Shown piece by piece: positions 15,118 through 23,144 of a stretch of DNA of 33,586 nucleotides. This DNA comes from Coriobacteriia bacterium (lineage in GTDB: Bacteria > Actinomycetota > Coriobacteriia > Anaerosomatales > JAENZW01). A model generated the notes under the pieces. It was not told the DNA's origin. It made no database searches and was given only the letters and a program-made list of their open reading frames with translations. Numbering within the stretch: position 1 is the stretch's first letter; each line of letters begins with the position of its first letter. Location of the stretch: the NCBI GenBank assembly GCA_029858605.1, contig JAOUET010000003.1:1-33586 (forward strand), given 5' to 3'. The position numbers and the translations under genes were made by a program.

Positions 15118-15911
15118 CAGATGCCTCCGTTCAAGAGCGTTCCGAACGTGCCAGGCGTCGGACCGATGCACTCCGGCCCGAGCGGCGACGGCGCCTCGAA
15201 GGTCCAGACGACATCACCTCGCGGATCGCTCGACAGTACGCCGACGACCGGACCTTTCACCGGACCGAGGATGCGAAGCCGCGACGGTGGATCGTCGAAC
15301 TCGAGCGGCTGGTCGTGGTTCCCGCTCAACTCGTAGACGTTGAACGCGACGCCGATCGGCTGCGTCGGGTTCGGCGACAGGAAGCCGCTCGCGTTGATGT
15401 ATTGCGGCGCGACCTCGTATCGGTACATGCCCGGCACGATCTCGCTCGTGCCGGTGATCGCGAGCAGCGACGCAGCACCGATCGCCGCCGACCGGCCGGA
15501 GAAGCAGAACAGCGGCGTACCGTCCTTCGCCATCATTCGGAAGAGGATCACGGTCTCGCCGACCGCGGCAGTTCCGCCGAGCTGGATCGCACGTCCTGCC
15601 GGCGAGTCGCCGAACTTGGTCGCCTGCTTTCCTCTCTCGGCGATCTCGATCCGCTTACGTTTCGCTCCCTGTCCGACCTGCACCTGCTTCCAGTTCCAGA
15701 TCCTGTAGGTGACGTTGCCCGTACCAGGCTCGAACATCTGGTCGCCAAGATCCTCGGTCAGCCGCGCGACGATCGGCCTCGGGATCTCGATGCGTTGCCG
15801 CTTCCCGTAGTCGCCGAAGCGGCCGACCATCGCGTCCGCGGCGTCGAGAGTCGCGTTCGCCTCGTCGAAGCCGAACCGGCCGACGCCTCCGCTCGTGAAC
15901 CGTACGCTCAT
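15117..15911 (-). CDS. Putative minor tail protein
   Basis: ATG 15911 (ATGA overlap); position after the tape measure gene. Confidence 0.6.
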   Translation of the reverse strand: MSVRFTSGGVGRFGFDEANATLDAADAMVGRFGDYGKRQRIEIPRPIVARLTEDLGDQMFEPGTGNVTYRIWNWKQVQVGQGAKRKRIEIAERGKQATKFGDSPAGRAIQLGGTAAVGETVILFRMMAKDGTPLFCFSGRSAAIGAASLLAITGTSEIVPGMYRYEVAPQYINASGFLSPNPTQPIGVAFNVYELSGNHDQPLEFDDPPSRLRILGPVKGPVVGVLSSDPRGDVVWTFEAPSPLGPECIGPTPGTFGTLLNGGI

Positions 15912-16312
15912 GGGCTGAAGATCTGGAACGAGACGAACGCCTGCGTATTCGTGCCGCTCGTGATCGCCTGGGCGTAGATGTTCGTCGTCGCCGCTCGAGC
16001 GATGCACGATTCGCCGGCGTTCAGCCGGAAGAGCGATATGAGCTGCGTCATGCCGGGCGGCGCCTGCGACGTATAGCCGGTCACGCCGATCTCGATCGGA
16101 ATCGCGGTCGACAGGTTCTGGAAGTACGCGATGCCGTTCGCGGATACGTCGGTGTTCAGGTCGAGCGCCTCGGGCGTCGAGCCGATGACCTGGTTCCCGC
16201 CGGCCGAAGCCTCGCTCGCGAGATCGGCCTGGAGGGTGCTTGGCGCGAAGTAGAACTGAAAAGCGCCCTTCGCGATCTGGAGTCGATGCGTGATTGAGAT
16301 CTCGTTCGCCAT
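15908..16312 (-). CDS. Putative minor tail protein
   Basis: MANEI start, beta-rich, 134 aa, in the tail block. Confidence 0.65.
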   Translation of the reverse strand: MANEISITHRLQIAKGAFQFYFAPSTLQADLASEASAGGNQVIGSTPEALDLNTDVSANGIAYFQNLSTAIPIEIGVTGYTSQAPPGMTQLISLFRLNAGESCIARAATTNIYAQAITSGTNTQAFVSFQIFSP

Positions 16313-16313
16313 G

Positions 16314-17201
16314 TCAGGTCACCTTCAAGAAGAGCGTATCGATGTTGCGTAACTCGGTCAGGTCTGGGAACGGCTGGACGAACCGGACATCCTCGGCGGA
16401 TGACATGCCGGGCGATCCCGGTCGCGGCCCGAGCAGCGCCTCGCCGTTCATGTCGCGCATCGGAACCTGCCGCATGTGGAAGAACTGGTCGTAGACGAAC
16501 TTGTGCGCATACTGGAACTTCCGTTCCCCGATGCGGTTGACGGCCGCACCGCAGTAGAGCACGCTGCCCGGCTCGCAGTCGAGGAAGTCAGTCTCGTTCC
16601 GCTTCCAGACGAACGCGAGCAGGTTCCGCGGCTTGAACCTGCCGTCGCGGACGAGCGTGATGTTGACCTCGAACTGCCGGAGGATCATCGATACCGGGTG
16701 TCCTCCGGCGTCGATATGGGTTCCTCCGATGTTGAGCTGATCCGGGATTCCGCGAGCGTGCCGGCCGCCCGTAGCGCACTGCGCGATTATGGTCGCCCTG
16801 TCGAATGCGCGCCACGTGTCGACGTGCGACGCCGAGAGCGACGCGTTGACCTCGATGTATCCGTGAACGGCCGCATCGGTCGGCTCGTCCGGCGCCGGCG
16901 GCGGCGGTTGAACGATCGTTCCGCCTCCGGTGACCTCCTGATATTCCCAGGTCACCGACCATAGGTCGTTCTGCCCGTCGACGCGTGCGATGCTCCAGTC
17001 GGTCGCTCCGAGGCTCGTCGTGCCTGGGAACGGCTCGCCGAAGTACGGCAGACCGTACGCGCCGAAGAGTTGCGAGATCTCGTTCGGCGTCGTGAGCGGC
17101 GTCGCGGAATCCCAGACATGGAACGTACGCGTCGCCTTGAGTTTGCCCTGCGTCCTCGAGACGCTTCGGCTGCCGAGCTGTTCTACGACGTTGACGCTCA
17201 C
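16314..17201 (-). CDS. Putative distal tail / hub protein
   Basis: Immediately follows the tape measure gene; 295 aa, beta-rich. Confidence 0.6.
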   Translation of the reverse strand: MSVNVVEQLGSRSVSRTQGKLKATRTFHVWDSATPLTTPNEISQLFGAYGLPYFGEPFPGTTSLGATDWSIARVDGQNDLWSVTWEYQEVTGGGTIVQPPPPAPDEPTDAAVHGYIEVNASLSASHVDTWRAFDRATIIAQCATGGRHARGIPDQLNIGGTHIDAGGHPVSMILRQFEVNITLVRDGRFKPRNLLAFVWKRNETDFLDCEPGSVLYCGAAVNRIGERKFQYAHKFVYDQFFHMRQVPMRDMNGEALLGPRPGSPGMSSAEDVRFVQPFPDLTELRNIDTLFLKVT

Positions 17202-18109
17202 GTGATGACCGTCCCTTGGTTCCTGAGTATCTGGAGGATCTCGCGCGCGGTGAGGACGAGGTTCGCCTGGTATCCGGCCTGCTGCATCGCCGCAGTCTGC
17301 AAGCCGCGGAGGATGTTGTTCTGCGCGAAGTTGAACATGCCTCCGATGCTGGTCGTCACGGAGTTCGCGAGACCGATCCCGGCCGCGCTCGGAGCCTGCA
17401 TCGCCGCCTTCCGTCGCGCTTCCTCCTCGGCCAGCCTCGCGGCCTCGTCGGCCTGCTTCGCCCGTATCGCCTCGACATCCTGCCTCGCCTTCTCGATGAG
17501 CAGAGCTTCCCTCGCGAGATACAGGTTGCGGCTCGTCTTCGCGTCGATCTGGTCGGCCATCTCGAGCATCTCGCTGCGCAGTTGTCGCTTCTCGTATTCG
17601 AGTTGCAACTCGCGCTTCCGGATCGGGTCCATCTCCTTCTCTATGGCCAGCATGTCGCGCAGGTTGCGCACCTCAAGCGACGCCGCTTCGGTACGGTCGT
17701 CGACCTGCTGCTTCATGGCGCGGAACCGCTCCTCTTCCGCCTTGACCGCTTCGAGCACCGCATCGCGATATCCGAGCGCCTGGCCGGTCAGGACGCCGGC
17801 GAGACCGATGATCTTCAGATATGGCGTCGGAAGCATCGCCATCGCCGTACTGACGCTCGTCACGGCGTTCGCCGTCGTCGAGTAGTCGCCCTGCGTCGCG
17901 ACTGCGACCGCCGAAAGACTTCTCGCGAACTTATTCAGTACGGCCGGATCGGTCGCGGCCGCGAACGCTCGCGACAGGCCGGACCGCTGTACGGTCTGGG
18001 TCATCCTGTCCGTCGACCGCGCGACGCTCGATTCGGCCTGGCGTAGGTTGGCCTCCAGTTGCGCCAGATCCGCCGAGATGAGGACCGAGATGAATGCCGC
18101 GTCAGTCAT
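17198..18109 (-). CDS. Short tape measure protein
   Basis: ISVLISADL.QLE..L N-terminus, Ala-rich and helical, follows the frameshifted chaperone pair. Confidence 0.7.
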   Translation of the reverse strand: MTDAAFISVLISADLAQLEANLRQAESSVARSTDRMTQTVQRSGLSRAFAAATDPAVLNKFARSLSAVAVATQGDYSTTANAVTSVSTAMAMLPTPYLKIIGLAGVLTGQALGYRDAVLEAVKAEEERFRAMKQQVDDRTEAASLEVRNLRDMLAIEKEMDPIRKRELQLEYEKRQLRSEMLEMADQIDAKTSRNLYLAREALLIEKARQDVEAIRAKQADEAARLAEEEARRKAAMQAPSAAGIGLANSVTTSIGGMFNFAQNNILRGLQTAAMQQAGYQANLVLTAREILQILRNQGTVIT

Positions 18110-18329
18110 TGAGTAGCCGCCTCATCTCGCGATCGACGGCCGCGCGACCGCCTTCGGAGTTCTCGCCACGCAGCATATCGCACACGGCGTCGCAGACCTC
18201 CGCGAACATGTCGACCGGCATTCCCAGCGGATCGCCGAAGCCGGGCGCGTGCTTCGCGACGAACGCCGCGCTTCCGATGTAGTCCGGCCGAGTCAGGTCG
18301 TCGAACTCGCCGGACCTTTGCCGTTTCCC
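18102..18329 (-). CDS. Tail assembly chaperone -1 frameshift extension (gpGT-like C-terminal part)
   Basis: The -1 frame is open from the slippery site to TGA at 18104-18102: RQRSGEFDDLTRPDYIGSAAFVAKHAPGFGDPLGMPVDMF...RRLLND*. Confidence 0.8.
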   Translation of the reverse strand, partial: GKRQRSGEFDDLTRPDYIGSAAFVAKHAPGFGDPLGMPVDMFAEVCDAVCDMLRGENSEGGRAAVDREMRRLLND

Positions 18330-18691
18330 GGTTGCGGTTCCTCGCTCATCTCGTAGCCGACCAGCCGTTGCGCCGTGCGGATGATCTCGGCCGGCGTCAT
18401 CGAGCCGAGCGCGACCTCGACATCGGTCCCGGCATTCTTGCCGGCTCGCCTGATGATCTCGGCCGCGAACTCAAGTCGCATCGTCGCCAGCAGGAGCACT
18501 ATCGCGGTCCCGCGTCGAGTCGAATGCTCGCGAAGCGCCGCGAGCCGCTGCTCGGGCATGGCCTGCGACGTGTCCAGATCCTCGAGCACGGAGCGCCGTT
18601 CCGCGTGCCATGCCTGCTCCGTCAGGTCGATCATGTCGCGGATCGTCAGGAGTCGCAGGCAGACGCCGCCTCCGATGTCTACGGTCTTCAC
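18293..18691 (-). CDS. Tail assembly chaperone (gpG-like)
   Basis: Between the tail tube and tape measure genes; carries the slippery site. Confidence 0.8.
   Translation of the reverse strand: MKTVDIGGGVCLRLLTIRDMIDLTEQAWHAERRSVLEDLDTSQAMPEQRLAALREHSTRRGTAIVLLLATMRLEFAAEIIRRAGKNAGTDVEVALGSMTPAEIIRTAQRLVGYEMSEEPQPGNGKGPASSTT
18323..18329 (-). promoter_or_regulatory. Programmed -1 frameshift slippery heptamer G GGA AAC
   Basis: X XXY YYZ pattern in the correct codon phase (ccG GGA AAC), near the end of the chaperone gene. Confidence 0.85.
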
Positions 18692-18942
18692 TTCGTGAGC
18701 CTCCCTCGGTTCTCGACGTGCATCTCGGCGACCGAGCCGAACGCATGCACGCGTCGCCGTAGCCTAACGTCGACAAGTTGTCGCGTCCTGTTCCGCCAGC
18801 CGACGACATGCCGAACGCGCTCGAGCGCCTCGGACTCGCTGAGATGCGGCGAGATTCCAAGTCGAGATCGCGTGCCGTCGCTGAACACGACCTCCGCGAT
18901 CCAGTCGTCTGGCGTGAGTACCGTCGTCGGCCAGAGCCTCAA
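18688..18942 (-). CDS. Hypothetical protein between tail tube and chaperone
   Basis: TTG start overlapping the tube gene stop (TTGA); 84 aa; GTGA overlap with the next gene. Confidence 0.55.
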   Translation of the reverse strand: MRLWPTTVLTPDDWIAEVVFSDGTRSRLGISPHLSESEALERVRHVVGWRNRTRQLVDVRLRRRVHAFGSVAEMHVENRGRLTK

Positions 18943-19361
18943 GTCTCGTCCCAAGTCTCGGTCGGAACCGCGCCGCCTGCTAGCGCCCAGTTGAACGATA
19001 TCGCAGCCTCGCCGGTCTTGGTGCTGCTGAGCGCGACCTCGGAAATGATTGCCGTCATCGACATCGTACAAGCGGTCGCAGCCGTAGCCGCGCCGCTGCC
19101 GCGAGCGTGCAGGTAGATCGCGTTTCCGTCCGTCTGCCAGTTCGTGACGTTGATGCCCGGCTTATTGCTCGCGGCATCCGCAAGCATGAAGCCGCCGGCC
19201 GAGCCGTTCGCGTCCCAGACGCCGAGCTTCCGACGCCGACCGGCATCGCCGAAGCCGGTGATGTCCGAGACCTGTCGCGAGAACGTGCCGTTCCAGGTGT
19301 TGAACTGCGCGAAGTGCGAGCCAAGATGTACGCCGCCGTCATTGCCAACGAGGTAGCCCAT
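18939..19361 (-). CDS. Tail tube (major tail) protein
   Basis: GNDG.V, W......SDIT.FGD..RR...G..D..GS and ISFNW patterns; follows the terminator gene. Confidence 0.75.
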   Translation of the reverse strand: MGYLVGNDGGVHLGSHFAQFNTWNGTFSRQVSDITGFGDAGRRRKLGVWDANGSAGGFMLADAASNKPGINVTNWQTDGNAIYLHARGSGAATAATACTMSMTAIISEVALSSTKTGEAAISFNWALAGGAVPTETWDET

Positions 19362-19362
19362 G

Positions 19363-19767
19363 TCAGGAACCCTTGATAGCGGTCAGTCGGAACCGCGAGG
19401 TCGTCGAGATCGCGTCGTCCTCCATCGCGGGAACGCCCCGCGATTCGGCCCGGATCACGATTCGATCATAGCCGGTAGCCGTCAGCGCCTTATCGTCGAG
19501 CAGCGTATGGAGCTTCTCGGCCGATGCCAGCGCGACGGCGACGCCGGACGTGTGAGGATGGTACTGCGTGAACTCGATCGAGAACGCCTCGCGATCGGTC
19601 CCGAACGTCTGCTCGATCCGATGGTCGACGACGCCATATACGGCCAGCGGCAGCGCCGTATCGCCCGGCGCCTCGTTGACGTAGACGCGTCCTCCGAGAC
19701 CTTGGAACCACGAGGTCGACGCGGTATCCGCGATGCCGGCCGCGATGGTGTCGAGTATCGCTTTCAT
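19363..19767 (-). CDS. Tail terminator / completion protein
   Basis: LGGRVY..EAP....LP.AVY pattern; synteny. Confidence 0.75.
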   Translation of the reverse strand: MKAILDTIAAGIADTASTSWFQGLGGRVYVNEAPGDTALPLAVYGVVDHRIEQTFGTDREAFSIEFTQYHPHTSGVAVALASAEKLHTLLDDKALTATGYDRIVIRAESRGVPAMEDDAISTTSRFRLTAIKGS

Positions 19768-20219
19768 CTGATCGCACCCGTTGCCCGTCGTAGCGCCTGG
19801 CCGATGTATGCCTTCATCACGCGATCGACTCTCGGCCTGATCCTGTCAAGCGCCGGACGCAGATACGGCCGCGGAGCGATGAAGCCGCCTCCGAACTCCA
19901 GTCGCCGAGCGTATCGCAGGTTCGAGCCGAGCCGCCAGCCGAGCCGCATTCCGGCCGCGACCTTTCGGACCGTGCCTGTCTGCCACGACCGGCGGAGCGT
20001 CCCTGTCTGAACGGCCGGAGGCTGTCCCGGAGCGCTGCTCGTATACCGCAGGCCTGGATGCTTCCTGCCCGAGCCGGCATGTGAGAGGTTCTTCTTGACC
20101 TCGATCTGCGCCTCTAGGATGAGCCGCTGCGTTCCTCGAGCCGCGCCATCGATCACGGCCCGTACGAGCGTCTGCGTCGGCAGCGACCATCGAGAACCGC
20201 CAATGGAGCCGCTAGCCAC
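19764..20219 (-). CDS. HK97 gp10-like neck protein
   Basis: SAPGQPPAVQTGTLRRS, YARRLEFG, PRPYLRPAL. Confidence 0.85.
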   Translation of the reverse strand: MASGSIGGSRWSLPTQTLVRAVIDGAARGTQRLILEAQIEVKKNLSHAGSGRKHPGLRYTSSAPGQPPAVQTGTLRRSWQTGTVRKVAAGMRLGWRLGSNLRYARRLEFGGGFIAPRPYLRPALDRIRPRVDRVMKAYIGQALRRATGAIR

Positions 20220-20586
20220 GAGGCAGATCCTCCTCGAGCGTCGCGATCAGGTGATACAGGTTGTCGGCCGTCGACCGGTCGTCCGGCACGCGAACCGAGT
20301 CGACGCGATACGTGCGGACCTCGCTCGCGATCGTGACCGTGAGCACGTCGTTCGCCTTCAGATCCTGCGAGCCGTCGCAGTAGAGCGTCGCGCCGAAGCG
20401 GACGTTCTCGCGTCCGTACCGGAGCGACACGCCGCCTCCGCCGATCTGGAGGTAGCCGGTGATCGTCGCCGTCGTCGTGCCTGCCGTGGTCGATTGAGCC
20501 GCGCCGCCGCTCTCGTCGCGAATCCAGACCGGACGCGTCCTGGTCATCGTCCGACCATAGGCCGAGATCAGCGAGCCGATGGTCAT
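20212..20586 (-). CDS. Head closure / head-tail adaptor (SPP1 gp16-like)
   Basis: RDESGG, DLKANDVL, YRVDSV..PD, HL...LEE; synteny. Confidence 0.7.
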   Translation of the reverse strand: MTIGSLISAYGRTMTRTRPVWIRDESGGAAQSTTAGTTTATITGYLQIGGGGVSLRYGRENVRFGATLYCDGSQDLKANDVLTVTIASEVRTYRVDSVRVPDDRSTADNLYHLIATLEEDLPRG

Positions 20587-21437
20587 CGGATGCGTACCCT
20601 TGCTCCGAGCATGCCGCGAATCTGCTGCACGATGCGACCGGTCGCGGCGACGCTGTACGAGTAGTCGCCGAGGCTCTCGCTCGTCACGCCGAGATCCTTC
20701 TTGCGGTCACGGTACAGGCTCGCAGCCGTTTCGAGGCACGCCTGCTCGATGTCGAACGGGACCGTATCGTGACCTCCGTTGTAGGCCACGAGGACCGAGC
20801 GGTATTCGGCAGGGAACTCGGTCGCCCAGTGATCGCTCGGGAACGCGTCCGAGACCATCGAGATGATGCCGGCCTCCTGATCGACGCGAAGGTCCGCGGT
20901 CGTGTCCCAGGCTGCCGAGAGGTAGGCCGTCGTCGTGAGCACGTTCACGCCGGCCCGAGGATGCAACTGGTACGCGGAGAAGTCCTCGATGGCCGACGCC
21001 TCGAAGCCGGTCACGCCGTTGATATGTGTCGCGAGTTCCGCAGTCGTCTCGTGGTTCGTGAACTGGACCTGCTCGGTCGATTCCGAGCCGGTCGAGGTGA
21101 CGCGGAAGAGCCTGATATGACTCGGCGTGACCTCGACCGTCGCGAGGATGTCCGTCGAGCCTGACGCCGCCGACACGCTGAGCGCGTTCTGCGAGCCGAA
21201 CGCGACGTACTTCACGTGGTTGATCGGCCGCACCTTGACGCCGATCTGATCCGTGCCGAGGCTGTCGTGCCACTCGTACAGGTTCCGCGCCTTGATCGGC
21301 CTTCCGAGGATGGCCTCGATCAAGGCCGAAGCACGGTCGATCGAGCGCTCGAGGATCGTCTCGTCTACGCCGGCAGAGATGCCGAGGTACGACTGGAGGT
21401 TCGCGAGCGTGGTCAGTGAGTTCGCGTCGACGGCCAT
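20583..21437 (-). CDS. Head-tail connector (HK97 gp6/SPP1 gp15-like) with a large insertion
   Basis: LTTLANLQSYLGI, I.RASA.IE..LGR, Y.GG...VP.DI.QACL, SESLGDYSYS; 284 aa. Confidence 0.85.
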   Translation of the reverse strand: MAVDANSLTTLANLQSYLGISAGVDETILERSIDRASALIEAILGRPIKARNLYEWHDSLGTDQIGVKVRPINHVKYVAFGSQNALSVSAASGSTDILATVEVTPSHIRLFRVTSTGSESTEQVQFTNHETTAELATHINGVTGFEASAIEDFSAYQLHPRAGVNVLTTTAYLSAAWDTTADLRVDQEAGIISMVSDAFPSDHWATEFPAEYRSVLVAYNGGHDTVPFDIEQACLETAASLYRDRKKDLGVTSESLGDYSYSVAATGRIVQQIRGMLGARVRIR

Positions 21438-22541
21438 TCAAGTCCTCGCGTATGCCGGCTTCCCGCTGGTGACGTACTCGTTATGGTACTGGTGTCGCGC
21501 GGCGAACCTCTCGTCCGGCCACGAGATCATGACCTGCATGTGACCGATGCGGACGCGGTTCGCCTGCCAGACCTTGTAGCCGGATCGCTTCCACTGCCGC
21601 CAGAACTGGATATCGTCGTCGACGCGGCCCTCGCCCCAGGTTCCGTCCGGCGCAGGCTGGCCATGGAACCACGGCTTCGGCAGGTTCCGCAGCGCCTCCG
21701 CCCGGATCAGGGTCAGGCCGAAGTGCGCGGTCGCGACCTCGAGCGCCGGCGCGTTGACCTCCTCGGACGTGAGCGATGTACGCGCGTTGCCTTCGGCGTC
21801 CTCGCAGGTGATGAGGACGGTCTGCCGCTCGCGGCCGATCTGCATCGCCGCGACCGCGTCGAGGTTCCGCTCGGTCGCCAGCCGGTACAGAGCGACCACG
21901 TCCTCCTTCTGGAAGATCGTGTCGTAGTCGAGCGTGAGCACCCATTCGCAGGTCGGCTTCTTGATCGCCTCGGCCAGCAGCCGCGACAGGCACTGGCCCC
22001 AGAATGCGCCCGTGTGTTTCGTGATGTTGATCTTGAGCGGGATGAGAGCGCCGATCGCGCAGAACATGTTCTCCGTCCAGGCGAGCCGCGGCATCGATAT
22101 CAGCGCTTCGACGTTCGGTAGCGTGTGTATCGGAGGAACCTTCCGGGCCGCGATACCGATCGTCCACTGGCCTTCTCCGTCCGGCCATGGCTGGCAGTCG
22201 TCGAGACCGGCTTTCCGAAGCGTCTCGATGACCTTCGTCCGGTTCCAGAGCGAGCCGTGCTCGCCGGTCTTGCCGCAGACGATCGGCTCGATCTCGTGGC
22301 TCGTGCCGTTCTTGTACGCGTCGACGGCTCGATCGAAGTCCGGCACGCTGACACGCAACTCCGCTCCCTCGCGGAGTTTCGCTGTCCAGCGCATAACGGC
22401 TTGCGTAGCGGCCTCGCCGACGAACCGCTCCAGACCTTCCCGCACCTCGATCGCGTCGCAGGAGCCGTCCTCGACCGGCAGGTTCCCGGCCTGCTCGATC
22501 GGATACTCGGTGGCCTGCCCTTCTTTCCAGACGCTGAGCAT
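21438..22541 (-). CDS. Fusion of a degenerate SAM-methyltransferase-like domain and a GT-A glycosyltransferase-like domain
   Basis: N part LPVEDGSCDAI...LER...KLREGAELRVSVPDF; C part VLTLDYDTIF (DxD), HFGLTLIR, DDDIQFW, RIGH; ATG 22541. Confidence 0.75.
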   Translation of the reverse strand: MLSVWKEGQATEYPIEQAGNLPVEDGSCDAIEVREGLERFVGEAATQAVMRWTAKLREGAELRVSVPDFDRAVDAYKNGTSHEIEPIVCGKTGEHGSLWNRTKVIETLRKAGLDDCQPWPDGEGQWTIGIAARKVPPIHTLPNVEALISMPRLAWTENMFCAIGALIPLKINITKHTGAFWGQCLSRLLAEAIKKPTCEWVLTLDYDTIFQKEDVVALYRLATERNLDAVAAMQIGRERQTVLITCEDAEGNARTSLTSEEVNAPALEVATAHFGLTLIRAEALRNLPKPWFHGQPAPDGTWGEGRVDDDIQFWRQWKRSGYKVWQANRVRIGHMQVMISWPDERFAARHQYHNEYVTSGKPAYART

Positions 22542-22555
22542 GTTTCCGCTTCCCT

Positions 22556-22596
22556 GTAAGAGACACGGCCGAGCGCCAACGTGACGCCCGGCCGTG
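22556..22596 (-). terminator. Hairpin / weak terminator after the capsid genes
   Basis: CACGGCCGGGCGTCA-CGT-TGGCGCTCGGCCGTG followed by TCTCTT. Confidence 0.6.
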
Positions 22597-22623
22597 CCGT
22601 GATCCCGTGCGGTGCGGATCGTA

Positions 22624-23076
22624 TCAGCCGGCCGCGTTGAAGAGGAGCGCGCCGGCAGCGGTCGCGTTGACCGGAGCCTGTCCGGGATTGTCGAGGATGC
22701 AGACTGCATCCATCGTCGGCGTGTTCGACGACGCGCGGAGGCCGAGGCGCAGATAGCGCTTCTTGCCGCGGAGGTCGACGTTCACGACGGCGAATGCGTC
22801 CTGGTTCGTAAGCGCCGTGCTGTTGATCTGCGTCGGAAGGCCCGACGAGATGGTGGTGATGGCAGCGAACGACGTGCTATTCGTGTCGTCGGCGTGCTCG
22901 ATGATGACGTGCGATGGGACGCTCGTCGCGGTCGCCGAGCGAGCGCCGATGATGAAGGTCGCCGAGTCGAAGCCGCGCACGTCGAGCGTGTTGCCGTAGA
23001 CGTTATTCGTGGACGAGCCGACCGTCTGCGGGACGAGAGCGACGCGAGCCTTGATGTTCTGAGCAGGAACGGACAT
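22624..23076 (-). CDS. Capsid decoration / cement-like protein
   Basis: Directly after the capsid gene; LDVRGFDSA.F and DLRGKKRYLRL patterns; 150 aa. Confidence 0.65.
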   Translation of the reverse strand: MSVPAQNIKARVALVPQTVGSSTNNVYGNTLDVRGFDSATFIIGARSATATSVPSHVIIEHADDTNSTSFAAITTISSGLPTQINSTALTNQDAFAVVNVDLRGKKRYLRLGLRASSNTPTMDAVCILDNPGQAPVNATAAGALLFNAAG

Positions 23077-23095
23077 GGGTAGAGGATCCTTTCAA

Positions 23096-23124
23096 GGCGG
23101 AGCCGGCCGAAGCCGGACTCCGCC
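23096..23124 (-). other. cUUCGg hairpin after the major capsid gene
   Basis: GGCGGAGTCCGGC-TTCG-GCCGGCTCCGCC (one bulge). Confidence 0.7.
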
Positions 23125-23144
23125 GAGGGAAGAAGGCTGATGTA

